The notes beneath the pieces were generated by a model that saw only the letters and a list, made by a program, of their open reading frames with translations, made no database searches and had not been told where the DNA came from. A stretch of DNA of 64,000 bases, taken from NCBI GenBank assembly GCA_013239625.1, contig MU054204.1, positions 1,053,537 to 1,117,536 on the forward strand, in the 5' to 3' direction. Each line of letters starts with the position of its first letter. Positions within the stretch are counted from its first letter, which is position 1. The DNA comes from Lama guanicoe. Taxonomy: Eukaryota. Of this stretch, positions 50,257 to 63,487 are shown piece after piece. Both the position numbers and the translations under genes were made by a program.

Positions 50257-51400
50257 GAAATCTTACCATTTTAAAGTGTAAAATTCAGTGGTTTTTAGTA
50301 CATTCACTATGTTGTGCGACCATTGCCACTACCTAATTTAAGAACATTTCCATCAGAAAAGGGAACATTTTGAAAAAGAATTTCAGTGTGTAAATATTTT
50401 CTCTAAATAGAGAAATGATTAGCAAGGTGTATGGAGAAGACAATGCCAATTCCAGGAAATAAGCTAACGGATTCTTTCCGGAGAGCTAGGAACTCAGAGC
50501 AACACAGTTAAAGTCCCAGCACAAAAATGTTTGAGACAATATCGCTAGACACTCCCTGACAAGAGAATAATTACACTGGGAACAGCAAGAAGAAATCTAA
50601 GGTAGCTGAGAAAAAGCAAATAGGCTAAGAAATGAAGCAAGAGGGATTGCAGTTAGATATGTAGAAGAACTTACTGACTATCATAGGGATAAAATGTTGA
50701 TCAAAGGAACTATGGAACTCATTAACCAGAGATATTCAGAAACATGATATAAATTTCTATTTGGTTTCCTAATTGCACAATAGTTTTCTCTTCCTCAGAA
50801 TCTTTTAAGAGCAAAAATATCCTTTAATATATATATGACCCCCCAAAAATATATACATTAACCCATATTTGTTTTTTATGGTTTTACTTAATAATGACTG
50901 GTATTATTTTCCTAGTGTTGTAAGTATAATGATTATTATTTTATAGAATTATTTACTAATATTTGTAGAACATCTCTTAGATGACACATGCTTTCACACA
51001 TGAAAGCTCATAAACACCTGTAAGTCAGTAAAAGAGTAATTGCCCAAGGCTGCATTTGGGAGTCCGTGTCCAGACTCCTTTAGCACCCTGTGCGGTCACA
51101 CTGTGTCTCACCTCACACATGGCTGTTGATTTGTTTTCTTGGTGACAGTACTCAAAGATATTCAAAGGCAGTGACCGTGAACTTTTCATAAATGACTCTT
51201 CAGCATATACCCACAAGTCATATGCTCTCAACAACTGTGTGAATGGAAGAATGTCTAGTAAGGGTCTGGACTCTAAATCAGTACTTAATAAATGCTCACT
51301 AGCTCAATGACTGCACTGGTGAGACTATGTGGGATCTGCTCCATATTAATTGAGGATTCTCTTCTCTCTGGGCGCTCAAGCCTCACTTCATTTTTCCTTC

Positions 51401-51480
51401 CCTTAACAGAGGCACTGGGGATTGAACCCAGGACCCCACACACACCAAGCATATGCTCTACCATTGAGCTATACCCCCAC
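51401..51480 (-). mobile_element. tRNA-Ala-derived SINE (vic-1-like)
   Basis: Minus strand ggggtatagctcaatggtagagcatatgcttgg...gtcctgggttcaatccccagtgcctc. Confidence 0.8.
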
Positions 51481-51973
51481 CCCACCAAACGTCACTTCAG
51501 ACAGCAGAGCAAAAGCTCCAAGAAATAGAGGAGGGGAGTGTAATTCCTCTGTAAGCAAGAGAATGGTCCATGGCCACTGGGTAATTCTCCCTGTTGTTTG
51601 TATCTGAAACTGCTTGTCTTCAACAATTTAGGCTTTGGGTTAGTCACCACTAACAAACGTGCTAACTCCTTGGGACAACAGATTATTTTTGGTTTAAGGT
51701 TATGAATAAAAAGCAAGAGGGATTGGTAATGATGTCACAGCATAAAGATGAGGGAAATAATTTAATTTCCTTTCTCTGGAAGGTCAGTTCTCCCAAGGAG
51801 AAAAAAATTCTCCTTTAGGGTGTCAATACCCTTCCTGGCATCTTCCCCTTCTAGTTTGCTTTTCTCTGTCTCCTCTTGATCCTTAGGGAGGTGAGCATTT
51901 ATAATTTAAAGATGATCAGATGATGATGTTGGGAAAGTGAGAGTTGGTGAAGGTGGGCAAAAACAGGCAGTGC

Positions 51974-52230
51974 TTTTTTTTTTAAGTGAAGTATAAGTCA
52001 ATTTACAGTGTTGTGTTAATATCTGGTGTACAGCATGGTGATTCAGTTATATATATATATATATGTTCCTTTTCATATTCTTTTCCATTATAGGCTATTA
52101 CAAGGTATTGAATATTGTTCCCAAGTTTATACTTGTTTATTTTACATAGTAGTTAGTATCTGCAAATCCCAAACTCCTACCTGGTAACCATAAGTTTGTT
52201 TTCTATGTCTGTGAATCTGTTTCTGTTTGG
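51974..52230 (-). mobile_element. L1 3'-tail fragment with TSD
   Basis: TSD acaggcagtgctttt / acaagcagtgctttt around an antisense L1 tail. Confidence 0.85.
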
Positions 52231-52448
52231 ACAAGCAGTGCTTTTAAAAGGAAGAACAAAAGCATACACTTTAATTTCCTAAGTGTTTCAGGATGTGTCT
52301 TTAATAAAAGGAAAGAAGTGGCTACTTGTATGGTCATTTAGACACCGCATTTGCCAGTCTGTGTATACAAAGAGGCTTTGTGGAGGCAGAAGATGGCTGA
52401 GTCCAGCACATCTGTCAGCACATACCCCCCTCCTCTAGAGGACATTGT

Positions 52449-52538
52449 GGGCAGGGGGCATAGCTCAGTGGTAGAGCGCATGCTTAGCATGTACGAAGTC
52501 CTGGGTTCAGTCCCCAGTACCTCCATTAAATAAATAAA
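52449..52538 (+). mobile_element. tRNA-Ala(AGC)-derived SINE (vic-1-like) with TSD
   Basis: ggggcatagctcagtggtagagcgcatgcttagcatg...gggttcagtccccagtacctcca + (TAAA)n; TSD ctagaggacattgt (52435-52448) / ctaaaggacattgt (52539-52552). Confidence 0.9.
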
Positions 52539-52759
52539 CTAAAGGACATTGTATGCTGAGTGGTCTGACCCTCAGTGGTCTATGCACTCTCTGGCCCTGC
52601 ATTGCAAGCTCTGGGATCTCAGAGATTAGCAAAGTGAGAAGGGCAGGAAGAAGAGGAGAAGATCCAGCAATAGGGGCAGGGGTGACTTCAAATACAGCAG
52701 CGAAAGCATGAGGAGGATCACCTATTTCCAGGAACTAGCAATGATTAAAAAAATGAGAG

Positions 52760-52890
52760 TGTAGAGTATAGCTCAGTGGTAGAGTGGGTGCTTAGTATGC
52801 ACAAGGTCCTGGGTTTGATCCTCAGTACCTCCATTTTTTTTAATTTAAAAATAAATAAATAAACATAATTACCTCCCCCCGCCAAAATAT
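52760..52890 (+). mobile_element. tRNA-Ala-derived SINE (vic-1-like, longer form)
   Basis: tatagctcagtggtagag...cagtacctcca, then (TAAA)n and aattacctccccc tail. Confidence 0.85.
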
Positions 52891-53329
52891 TTAAAAAGAA
52901 ATGAAGTACACAAAATAAACAAAATGCTAGGAGACCAAACTTATTTACCAAAATGCATGACCAAGGTTTTCTGAAGATCTTGTTAGTTCTTCAGTCTACC
53001 CAGATCAAACCCATTGCCTTTTTTGCAAATTATGTGGGACTATTTTTTTAATGCTTTCTTGGAGAAAAATACAAGTCACCACTTTTGTTAGTCTCTGTAG
53101 CCCTAATCTAGCTAAGGTAACAATATGGCAAAGGCTATGTATAAAGCACAGAAAATGCAATGGCAATGATCTTAAAAATGGAGGTTATGTAGACATGACT
53201 GAAGTGATCAGTCAGCAGCCATCCCTTCCTGACTTTAGAATGAAAAGGATATTTAACATAGTATTCAGGATGAAGGAAAAGCCCATCTTATGGAAAGCTT
53301 TCTGTTGAAGGCTTAATTAAGAATTCTTT

Positions 53330-53450
53330 TTTTTTTCAGTGGGCTGAGGTACTTAGGTTTATTTATCATTTTTTCAATGGAGGTACTGGGGACTGAACCC
53401 AAGTCCTGGTGCATGCTATGCACACTCTACCACTGAGCTACACCCTCCCC
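53330..53450 (-). mobile_element. tRNA-Ala-derived SINE (vic-1-like)
   Basis: tggaggtactggggactgaaccc...ctctaccactgagctacaccctccc; flanks aagaattcttt / aagactcttt. Confidence 0.85.
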
Positions 53451-54585
53451 AAGACTCTTTACTGACATGTATAAATAAGAAAATAAAAAGCATTTTTCCA
53501 CATTTAAATTTTGTCTAATCAGTTAACTGAGTGAAATCTGATTGACACAGTGAGTGTCATTGGCCTTCAATTTGGTAGCATGGTAATTTCAACATCATCA
53601 ACTCTCAGCTACTGATGGCAATGAGGGATAGAAGAATCATGAAAATGGAACGGTCCCATACACCCTTGGGCATATTCTTAACTGAAAATCAAAAACCTTG
53701 TCCTTTTTACCCAAGGTCAACCCTGTGAGAAGGAGACTCCTGGAAGAGGACCTGTGGCCACTCATGACAATATGATTTGAGGCCTTAAGAGTCCCTATCC
53801 CCACCCCACTCAAGGGCATCTTTCACCTGGGGTGATCATGTTTGAAGTTCTAAACATCAAGAGTCAGTCTCTCCATCCCTCTATGTCAGAAAAACTGTTG
53901 ATAAAGAAAGCAGTTCCACAGAAAGACGATCAGTAACTCTTATCTCTAGCAAATGATTTGTAGTAAATTGCTTTTCACACTTTTTGGACACAGGGAAATC
54001 CGAAAATGACTTTAACTACAAGAATCTGATTTTATATGCAGCTTACCAGTGGACAGGCAGCTGGATGGATGCTCATGGAATAGAAGAGCAAACAACTTTC
54101 AATTCAGATAAATCTCTATAAATAAACAAAAAGAATCTGATTTTAGCACAGCCTGGTTAAACATAGAGCTAAAAAATTCTAAATCAATTCCTTTAGACCC
54201 TTCCCAGAATCAGCGTTTCCATGTTACACGATTCCAAGGAGTGTGATGAAGCCATAGTCTGTGTGAATAGTGCCCCCTGCAGTTGTACAGTTCAAAGCTT
54301 GTGAGGCCATGTGTGAGATCCCCTTCCAGACCTCTCCGGTGAAATAACGATGTTGACCAGTTTGCTATGGAGATTTCAGACGAGAACAATTAGAACCACT
54401 GTGAGTGCTTCCCAGTTAGAGGGCTTGTGATAGAACCAGGAAAGATGATGGGTAGCATTAATAGTCCCTCTCCAAACTTCAGGGATTTTAACAGCATTTT
54501 TAATCATCTTTGAGGTTTTTCAAATCAGTCTTTCAGAAATGGAGCTAGCACTGCCCCTAAGAAGACAAGGTAAAAATTACCACTG

Positions 54586-54886
54586 CTGGAACTACCCTGT
54601 TTGATCCTATAATGGTGAATACATGTAACTATGTTTGTCCAAACCCACAGAACGCACACCACCAAGAGTGAACTCTGGGGTAAACTATGGACTTTAGGTG
54701 ATAATGTGTCAACACAGGCTCATCAATTGTAACCAATGTACCACTCTACAGGGGGATGTTGATAGTAGGGGAGGCTGTGCATGGGTGGGGGCAGGGTGTA
54801 TACGGAAACTCTCTATACCTTCCACTCAATTTTGCTGTGAACCAAAAACTGCTCTAAAAAATAAAGTTAAATTTTAAAAATTGTTT
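54586..54886 (+). mobile_element. L1MC1/2-type 3' end with TSD
   Basis: ccaagagtgaactctgg..taaactatggacttt..tgtgaaccaaaaactgctctaaaaaataaag; TSD aaattaccactg (54574-54585 / 54887-54898). Confidence 0.8.
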
Positions 54887-55385
54887 AAATTACCACTGGC
54901 CTCAACCAATGTTCTCAATCAGGAATTGTGTGGTATTTCTTCCCTTGAAAGCTCAACAGAACAGCAAACCATTGTTTTAATCCCAGATACTTCATTTGTA
55001 TATCATGTTAAGTTTTCAAGTCAGTTTCACATCCATATTTCAATTTGACCCTTCCAGTAAGAGTTGGTGTTGCTCACAGGAGGTAGATTAAACATTACTA
55101 GTCCAATAGGACAGGGGATGATGCTGGAATGAGGTAGGATGAGGGACTTTTCTGTGGTTCCACAGTCAGTTGAGAGAGCTCCAACACGGATCAACATTTC
55201 CTCCTCCATAGCCAGTGCATTTCCCTCTTCACAACGCTACCTCCAGGCCCTGCCAAACACAGCATCCAAATGAGACTTCAGCTGGGCAGCAAAAAAAGGC
55301 ATACATATGTTTAGAGTATCATACCACATGCCAAAGCATCCTGTTCTCCAGGAAGGAGAGGGAGTAACACTCCAGTATTTCTGCT

Positions 55386-55993
55386 GTTGGGCAGTAAAGG
55401 ATTAACTCAGCAGGTCTGGGTAATGGGAACCCTGCAAGTGCCAAAGAAAAGTTATGCCCTTTCCTGCAGCTCCTGGGAGAGAACCTCTAAGCCCCTGGAA
55501 GAGCCTACCTGTTAAGAGCATCTCTGACTATCTGGGGCCTTGGCCATAACAGATATGTTATGCCAACAGTATGATTTATGGTGGGGGCCTTGGGTCATGT
55601 GGTGTTATTTGGCCTCTGGAGGGCTGGAGACTGAGTAGCTAAGGTCAGTCACATGGGTGCCACATGGTTGTCCCATGCCTATATGACTGGTCCCCTATGA
55701 AAACCCCATTTACCAAGGCCCCAGTGAGCTTCCCTAGTTGACCATACTCCATACACATTGTCACACTAAGAAAATTAAGCGCTGACCATTTGACTCCATT
55801 TGGAGAGCACAAATAGAAGCTTGCACCTGATCTCTCCTGGGCTCTGCTCTATGCACCTTTTTCCATTGCTGATTTTAATCTGTATCCATTCACTGTAATA
55901 GACTGTAACTATGAGTTTAATAGCTTTGCTGAGTTCTGTGAGTCCTAATGAGTGATTAACCCTAAGGGTGGTCTTTGAGACCCCCCAAACACA
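55386..55993 (+). mobile_element. ERVL-related solo LTR (MER77/MER21-like)
   Basis: Begins tgttgggcagtaaaggattaactcagcagg and ends gggtggtctttgagaccccccaaacaca. Confidence 0.7.
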
Positions 55994-56963
55994 ACTGTGA
56001 TTATGGATGAGGTCACTTACAAAACCAGACTGTTGCTGGCTTGGCAAAAATTCACATATTCATATACTCCTGCCCTCACCATCCAACCAAACCCAGGAAT
56101 CTAGGATGTGCCCTTCACCACCCAAGGTTCACCCAGCAGACCCCAGACAGTAGCTGCCTTCTCTCTGTGACCCATGTGCACACATCTCACTGTCCTACCA
56201 CAAACACACTAGAACCTTCCCAAGAGGGATCTCCCTCCAGCCAGCTAAATAGAGACCTGTCCCAAAGGCAGCCGGGCCACGATAAGGAGACAGTGTCACT
56301 ATTAAGAGGCTAAGAAGCAAATACAACACACCTACAATTATTTCTGTTGAATGGTTCCAAGAGGGACCTTGGGCTTCCTACTTGATGACATATGGCCACT
56401 GCTGTCCTGTGGAGGTGATCTGCAGTCTCATTAGCCCCTTTCCCAGCCACAGCACAGCATGGTAACCATCTGTCTTGTTGGCTCATAGAGCACAGCCTGG
56501 GACCTTTGGGAAGTGTGCCTCATTCCACAGCTGCTCTTCCTCTTGACCAGACTGAATATTAAACCTTGTCTGGCCATCTTCCCAGCCCCAGCTTGTTAAT
56601 ACTAATGGTTTCATCAGCACCCAAATATTATCACTAGCGAATGTAATTTCCACTTTGTTTTCCAACAGGCAATTGAGATGTTACACCTGAGCGTCCTGGC
56701 CAGAACCTGGTGCTGAGCTGTCTCTGGTTTACTTTATGGTGTCCACCTGTCTGCCTTCTGGGCTCTTTTCACCCAAGGTTGCAGAGCAGATCAGCCAGGT
56801 TCCCAACTGATTGCGTCCTCAGAGGGCCCTCTGTCTGAAGGATCTAAGATGGGAATCGGCACATATGTTCACATTTGTGAAGAGAGAGTAGGACCAAAAT
56901 ATAAATGACCTTGAGATTTCTGCTCCACAACAACCCCATAAAGCTGGCATTTTTAGCCTAATA

Positions 56964-57270
56964 CATTCAGGCCTCCACATCAAAGAGTTCCACATCCACG
57001 CATTCAACTAAATGCCGATAGAAAATATTTCTTTTAGTTCCAGAAAGTTCCAAAATGCAAAACTTGCCTTTGCCACAGGCAACTGTTTACACAGAATTTA
57101 CATTGTATTAGGTATTATAAGCAATCTAGAGATGATTTAAAGTATATGGGAGGATATGTGTAGACTACATGCAAATACTACACCATTTTATATAAGGGAT
57201 TTGTACTTCTGCAGATTTTGGTATCCACGGGGTCCTGGAACCAATCCCTCATGGATACTGAGGGATGACA
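56964..57270 (+). mobile_element. MER2 (Tigger-related) non-autonomous DNA transposon
   Basis: catTgtattaggtattataagcaatctagagatgatttaaagtat core, decayed TIRs ending gatactgagggatgacag, TA flanks. Confidence 0.85.
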
Positions 57271-58471
57271 GTATTTTTTACAAAGTCAAGCCCCAAGACT
57301 CAGGTTAAGTAACCCGTGCCACGTGGCACACATACCAAATGCCAGAGCTGGGATTCAAGCCCTGTCACCACGTGCTCAAATGCCAGGCTCTTTCTGGCCT
57401 CCAGTACTGCCTCTCACTGTGAACTAACCTATGTGAGGTTCTCCATCTAACCATGTGGCCTAGTGGGGGTGGACAATACATCCTGGGTCCAGGTAACTCT
57501 GGGGTTTTAGACTTCTCCCTCCTATGGTGGCCCTTAAGGACTTTCCTAGGAAACGGCTGATCGGGGTTTCCTTGGCAATCCCACAGCAGTTTGCTCACAT
57601 TGTGCTAACTGTCCCAAAGATGTGGCTCACCTGGTACTGTATCCGATTCCTTAACAGGTTAGACCTTGCCTTATTCATCGTCATGTCTTCTGCTTCTGGC
57701 ATGATAGCTGCACACTGTAGGTAAAGATAATGCATCTCACTAATAATGAACTTAAATCACACCTAGAATGTTCCAGAAGTAGGTTGTAATTATAGTAGTT
57801 GACTCAAAGACTTAGGGAGCTAGCAAAGCTTCAGAGGTTCTCATCCCAGATTGGCCGGCTGTTTGGGGCACTTTAATTTCTTTGAACTTCGGTTTTCTCA
57901 TCTGTAATTTCTGATCTCAGACTGTTGTGAGAATTAAAGGAGGGAAGATGTTATGTAAAACACCCAGCACGACGCCCCACACACATTGGGTACTCAACCA
58001 CGTGGGTGCACCTTTTCTCCTGCCTTCCCTTTGAATGCTAATTTAGGGTGTGCCTTTGGAAGGTGGAGGTCTTTTAGAAACCCAGAAACTCCAGGGATTC
58101 AGAGCTTCTTCAGGTCTCTGCTCCTCTTTGGCTGTAAGTTCAGTAGACTGAAGCCATTAATGACTCACTTATCAGTCTCAACAAACTAATAGATACCGTC
58201 CCCCGCATACACGATGTTCTAGTAACTCAAGCAAAGGTATAACTTACCCTGTGAATTTGAGAAATGTCAACGTGCAATTTGGACAGCTCAGACTCAACTG
58301 CACACTTTGGTTTCCTTCTACATGGCAGGATGGGTTTTGGCTTGAATCATCTGAGTAAGTTCCTCTGCTCCCCAAGTTTCCTAAAACACATGTTTCATAT
58401 TCTGAGTATAGACACTATGCAAAAAGGTATTATTTCACCTCCTGGGCAGGAGTGGGAGGAAACTGTGCTCT

Positions 58472-58547
58472 ACACTGGAATTTGACACAACATCGTAAAA
58501 TTATTATAAATCAATAAAAATGTTAAAAATAATAATAAAAAATAAAA
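58472..58547 (+). mobile_element. Very short young L1 tail
   Basis: acactggaatttgacacaacatcgtaaaattattataaatcaataaaa matches the tail at ~48803-48850. Confidence 0.8.
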
Positions 58548-58854
58548 GATACTTAACAGGCATATTTAAAAAAAAAGTAAATCTAAGACAATGTCACACA
58601 GTTCCTCCAGAGCAAAGCTGAAAGGTGGTCTCTGGGTCTCCAAATTTTCGATCCTTTCAGCATGTTTAAAGAAAGTGGTGACTGCACTTAAAAGCACCTA
58701 GGCTTTTAATATATAAAAAAAAGCTTTGCAGTTGTGCATTTCTTCCCTTTTGTGTAAAACATTAAAATGATGCTGATGTAATAATGAGGTAATCACATGG
58801 TAAGAATTTTTATGCTGTCCATTCCCCAAATGTCAGATATGCTCATGCTTTGGA

Positions 58855-60140
58855 TTTTTTTTAATTGAAGTATAGATGATTTACAAGATTATATTAGTTT
58901 CAGTGATTCAATATTTTTGTAGATTATATTTCATTTAAAGTTGTCATAAAAATACTGGCACTATTCCCTGTGCTGTACAATGTATCCTTGTAGCTTATTT
59001 ATTTTGTATATAATAGTTTGTAGCTCTTAATCTCTTACTCCTGTCTTGCCCTTCTCCTCTTTCCCTTCCCCACTGGTAACCACTAGTTTGTTTTCTGTAT
59101 CTGTGAGTCTGCTTCTGTTTTGTTGTATTCATTCATTTGCTTTATTTTTTAGTGATAACATACAATAGTTGTCTTTCTCTGTCTGACTTCACTAAGAATA
59201 ATACCCTCCAGGTCCATCCATGTTGTTGCAAATGGCAAAATTCCATTCTTTTTTATGGCTTGAGTAATATTCCATCATATATATATATATATATAATATC
59301 ATATCATATCTTCTTTATCTATTCTTCTGTTGCTGAGCATTTGTGTTGCTTCCATATCTTGGCTACTACAAATAATGCTGCTATGAACATTGGGGTGCAT
59401 GTATCTTTTCAAATTAGTGTTTTCATTTTCTTCAGATATATACCCAGGAGTGGGGCTGCTAGAGCATATGGTAAGTCTATTTTTACCTTTGGAAGAAACT
59501 CCATACTGTTTTCCATAATAGCTGCACCCATTTACATTCCCATTTTTGCAGAAAAACGAGTTACAGCTCAGTGTTACAGCTCAGTTGTGACAGCAACCTG
59601 GATCTGGGCGAGAGACCAAGCAGCACTCAGAGAGCTGGAGAACTCAGGTTTATTATGCCACCGGGCCTACAGGAGTTAACACTCCAAGCTCTGGACCCTG
59701 TCTGTAGGTTTACATAGGCTTTTATAGGCTGCCAGTTTACACTTTGCAACATCCTATGCAAATAAGGTATAACAAAAGTTGACTAATTAGGAACAAGCTT
59801 TGTATAAATGGACCAGTCGGGAGGGAGAGAAATAACCAATCAGGAGTGAGCTCCATGCAAATAAAGTACTACCAATGGACCAATCAGGAGTGAGGGAAAT
59901 GGACCAATCAGGAGTGAGCTCAGGGAACCAACAGAATTTTAGGGGTAAGTTCCACTTTCCTAGAAGTAAGCCGTTTCAGAGGCAAAAAGTGAGATAGAGC
60001 CTCTGGGGCAGGGAACCGGATGGTGCTGGCAGGAGAGTAGTGGCTCTGCCTGGGGTTCCTGCCTGTCTTTTTTTTTTTAATGGGGATTCCCACCTCACCA
60101 TCAACAGTGTACTAGTGTTCCCTTTTCTCCACATCCTCAT
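58855..60140 (-). mobile_element. L1 3' fragment interrupted by an LTR
   Basis: Antisense L1 reads tttacattcccat|caacagtg across the LTR insertion. Confidence 0.8.
59544..60097 (-). mobile_element. ERV1-type solo LTR with 4-bp TSD
   Basis: TSD ccat (59540-59543 / 60098-60101); minus-strand TATAAAA (~59720) and AATAAA (~59650); repeated CCAAT units. Confidence 0.8.
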
Positions 60141-62931
60141 GTTGTTTAAGACTTAGCATTTTGTACTCAGATAAAGCAGAAATAATAGGTCAGAACCTCT
60201 ATTTTTCATTGCCAAGTGAGAGTGATGCTAATGAGGGGTCACAGATTCATTCATTCATTCACTCATTCAAGTGTTTCTCAGGCCCCTCCACTGCACAGAA
60301 GACTGTACTCTCCCAGGCTCCAATCAGGCAAGCTTCCTGCAAGAGGTAGTACAATGAGGCTCCATGAGGGAACTGGTGCTGATGGGTGAAGAAGCTGAGG
60401 GGGAAAAAATGGAAATAATGACATCTGGTCTACCTAAGTCACAAAAGTTATTTTAGGAATTGTGTGGGATAATGTAGAAGGCATTATTTGAAAATAATGA
60501 ACTGTACAAATAGTATAATCCAATAAGGAAAGAGAAATAAGACTGTGACCAACTAAGGCTGTAAATGCTATGCACCAAATTCACAGAAAAGACATAAGTC
60601 TTCCAGAAGGCTACAGAGTGAAATATCACCCCAAGCCTTGGTAGTTGGAGAATAACCCTTGTCAGAGCTGGGGCTATAGTAGGATCTTCCATTTGTCCTG
60701 ATCTTTTATTCTTTGGGTGAACGTATATAATTCCAGGACATCCATGTTATAACCTATGATTTCTTGAAATATAAATAGGGAGAGGGTGTTAGCCTCCATT
60801 TCACAGATAGGAAAGTCAAGGTCAAAAGAGGTGAATTTGGTGACATACTCAATGTCACAAAGCAACTCAGCCCAGAAGGTGGGAATCCATACAGCTGGGC
60901 AGTGGAGCTGGAATGACTGCCAGCAATTACCATTTTAAGGATTAGAGAGAAGCCCTATTTGTACATCCTAGCCACTGATTTTATGGAGGAAGATGCTAAA
61001 AAAAAATGGATGTCTGCAAATTACCTGCAGGGTTCAATCCACAGCTGGATGTCTCTTGCCCCATCTCAAGTTATTGAGAATTCTTAGCACCCCAAATCCT
61101 GTTCTAACCTGAGCTACTGATTGCTCTTTATGGGAGGGTACTTCCTATTTCTAGAGTCCGGTGGAAGGAACTAGCACTAGGCAGGGGGCTGGAGGACCTC
61201 AGATCCATTCTTTCTTTGGGACTCCCGGGCTATATAATCCTAGAAAATTCCCTGAAATTACCTTTGGTGGAACCAACCTTCTCTTAGGTAAAACAGGAAG
61301 TAATACGCGTATCTTCTTGCCTCACCAAATCGCTGGGTGATAGTGATAGTGTACCAGGAGAACACAGTTAACATAAATGACTAAAGTGCCATACAAATGC
61401 AAGGTATGTTCCTAAGACTGTCTGTAGTAGCTGTTTTAGGACAGAAATAACACACATGATAGCCAGGCAAACAAAATTTCAAAACAAAAATGTCATAGGT
61501 GCCCTAGAGATGGGAAAGAACCAGGACAGGATCCCTTCTTTGCATGTCAAGCAACAAGATGTGGGGAAGTGATGAGTGAACCCAGGCAAGCTCTCCCACA
61601 GCAGGAGCATCCAGTGACAGAGGCTGAACACTCAGGGCCCATCTTAGGAAATACATAATTTCATAGACAGGGGACATGGTCGGTTAGGTCAGGGATAAAT
61701 GGGAAGGCAAAAAGTAGAGGAAAAGCTATTCTGATTAGGAGACAGCATGTCAGCCCACAAGAGCAGAGCTTTGTGAGCTTCCCTGCTGGGCCCCAGGGCC
61801 ATGCTTCATGGATGTACCACAGATATTTGCTGAGTGAGGGAACAGATGAGGTGTGGCATGAGCAAAGGGAGGGGATGAAACAGTGGATGGACTTCCTGGC
61901 GGGTGCCATGAGTGTTTTGTCCTTGACAAGTGATTACAGCTAGTGATGGCTTTATCCTTGGGCAAGTGAGGGGCTACTGGTATAGAGGCAAGATCAGGAC
62001 AACCCTTCTTAGGCTGCTCTGGCTTTCAAAAAACACTTTCTAGCCTCCAAGGACAAAAGAGAGCATGAGTCACTAATGGGACAGAGATCTACGTCAACAG
62101 GTATAGCTGAGGCATGGACACAGTTGCAGGAGGAAGTCTTTCTGAATGCAAGCCTTTGTCATATTTGCTGCATTTTGCCTGTTAATTCACTTTCACCAAG
62201 TGATACTTTCAACAAGAATAGTGCGACAGGGTGGGACATCTGGAATGACAGTGTAAGGAGCTCAGTGGACCATTTCCCCAGTTAAAAAAAAAACCATTTA
62301 ATGGTGAACATTATAAAAAAAAACAATATAAAGTTCCTGGAAGTCATTCTAATATCATACAGCAAACTGAGCAGCATTTATTCCAGAAAGTCTAATAAGC
62401 TTGGTAAGAACAGTGAGAATCTATGGCATTTGAGCTAGACCCTGCCTTCTTCCCTCCCCTTCAACTCCCCCCACCCAGCTCTGTGTTAGTGCTGTGTTAC
62501 AGAAGATTTAACTCCAGGAAAGTGCAGCCAAGAATATTGGGGGAGGGGGCTCCCTTTAACCACAACTTCCAATTAGAGTACAGTTTCACCCGGGGGGGGC
62601 AGTTATATTTCACAACCCCCACCAGCTCTGTGTTACAGAAGCCCTATTTCATGGCAGAAAAGACTGGGGATTCCTTCCCCTACTCAAAGTGAAGGCTCAT
62701 AAGGTAGCAGCTGTACCACAGGCAAGGCAATACTGGGGCCCCAATAGCAACCCCCATCCTCAACCCCCCTCATAGGGCAGAGGTCCCATGCAGGGAGGGA
62801 CAAGTGGAGAAGATGGCAGCTACAGTCCCCTTCAGCTCCCACTTCAGAAGTTCTGCTCAAGAGGATAGGCAAGACTGGAGGACTTCATAGCTCTGCTGAG
62901 GAGCTGATTTTATTTGGAACAGAATGTGAAG

Positions 62932-63487
62932 TATAGGAGACCAGAAAATGCCACCCCAAAATATGACTTAGGAAATTAGTATAGGCCACCATAAAATATG
63001 CCTCTTTGGCATAAGGATTATTTTGGGAAAAACAGACACAGGATAAGCTCTGAAAACAGAGTAGAACTAACACTTTTGTAAGGGACATTTCCATTTATAA
63101 AGGAAATCTCCATTTATAAGAGTGTCTCCCTCTTTGTACCAGGAAGAGAAGGATGACTAAATCACAAGAAACTCTTATCAGTGGAAAAGGCTCTGATTTA
63201 AATCTGAATAACAAATCTTATCACACTTTTTATTGTACTTTTCCTGGTCACCTCCCCATAACTGCACCTACACCCTTCTTTTGTCTTTAGTTGAAGATGG
63301 TATTTAAGCCTGAGTTCTAAGCCATCTCTAAGAGTTACTCATTTTTCCCTGGCTATCTCCTATGTATACATGAGGTATACATGTTAATAAACTTTTGTTT
63401 GTTTTTCTCTTGCTAATTTGTCTTTTCTGGTGGGGACTCTAGCCAAGAACTTAGAAGGGTAGAAGGAAAACATTTTTCTCTCCTACA
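62932..63487 (+). mobile_element. MER34-like solo LTR inserted in an old L1 5' region (~62320-63800)
   Basis: ggagaccagaaaatgccaccccaaaatatg...ttggcataaggattatttt...ctctcctaca; flanks gaag/ggag. Confidence 0.75.

Noticed and set aside
52449..52538. Functional tRNA-Ala(AGC) gene
   Set aside because: Has a (TAAA)n tail, a TSD and T-loop changes; it is a SINE copy.
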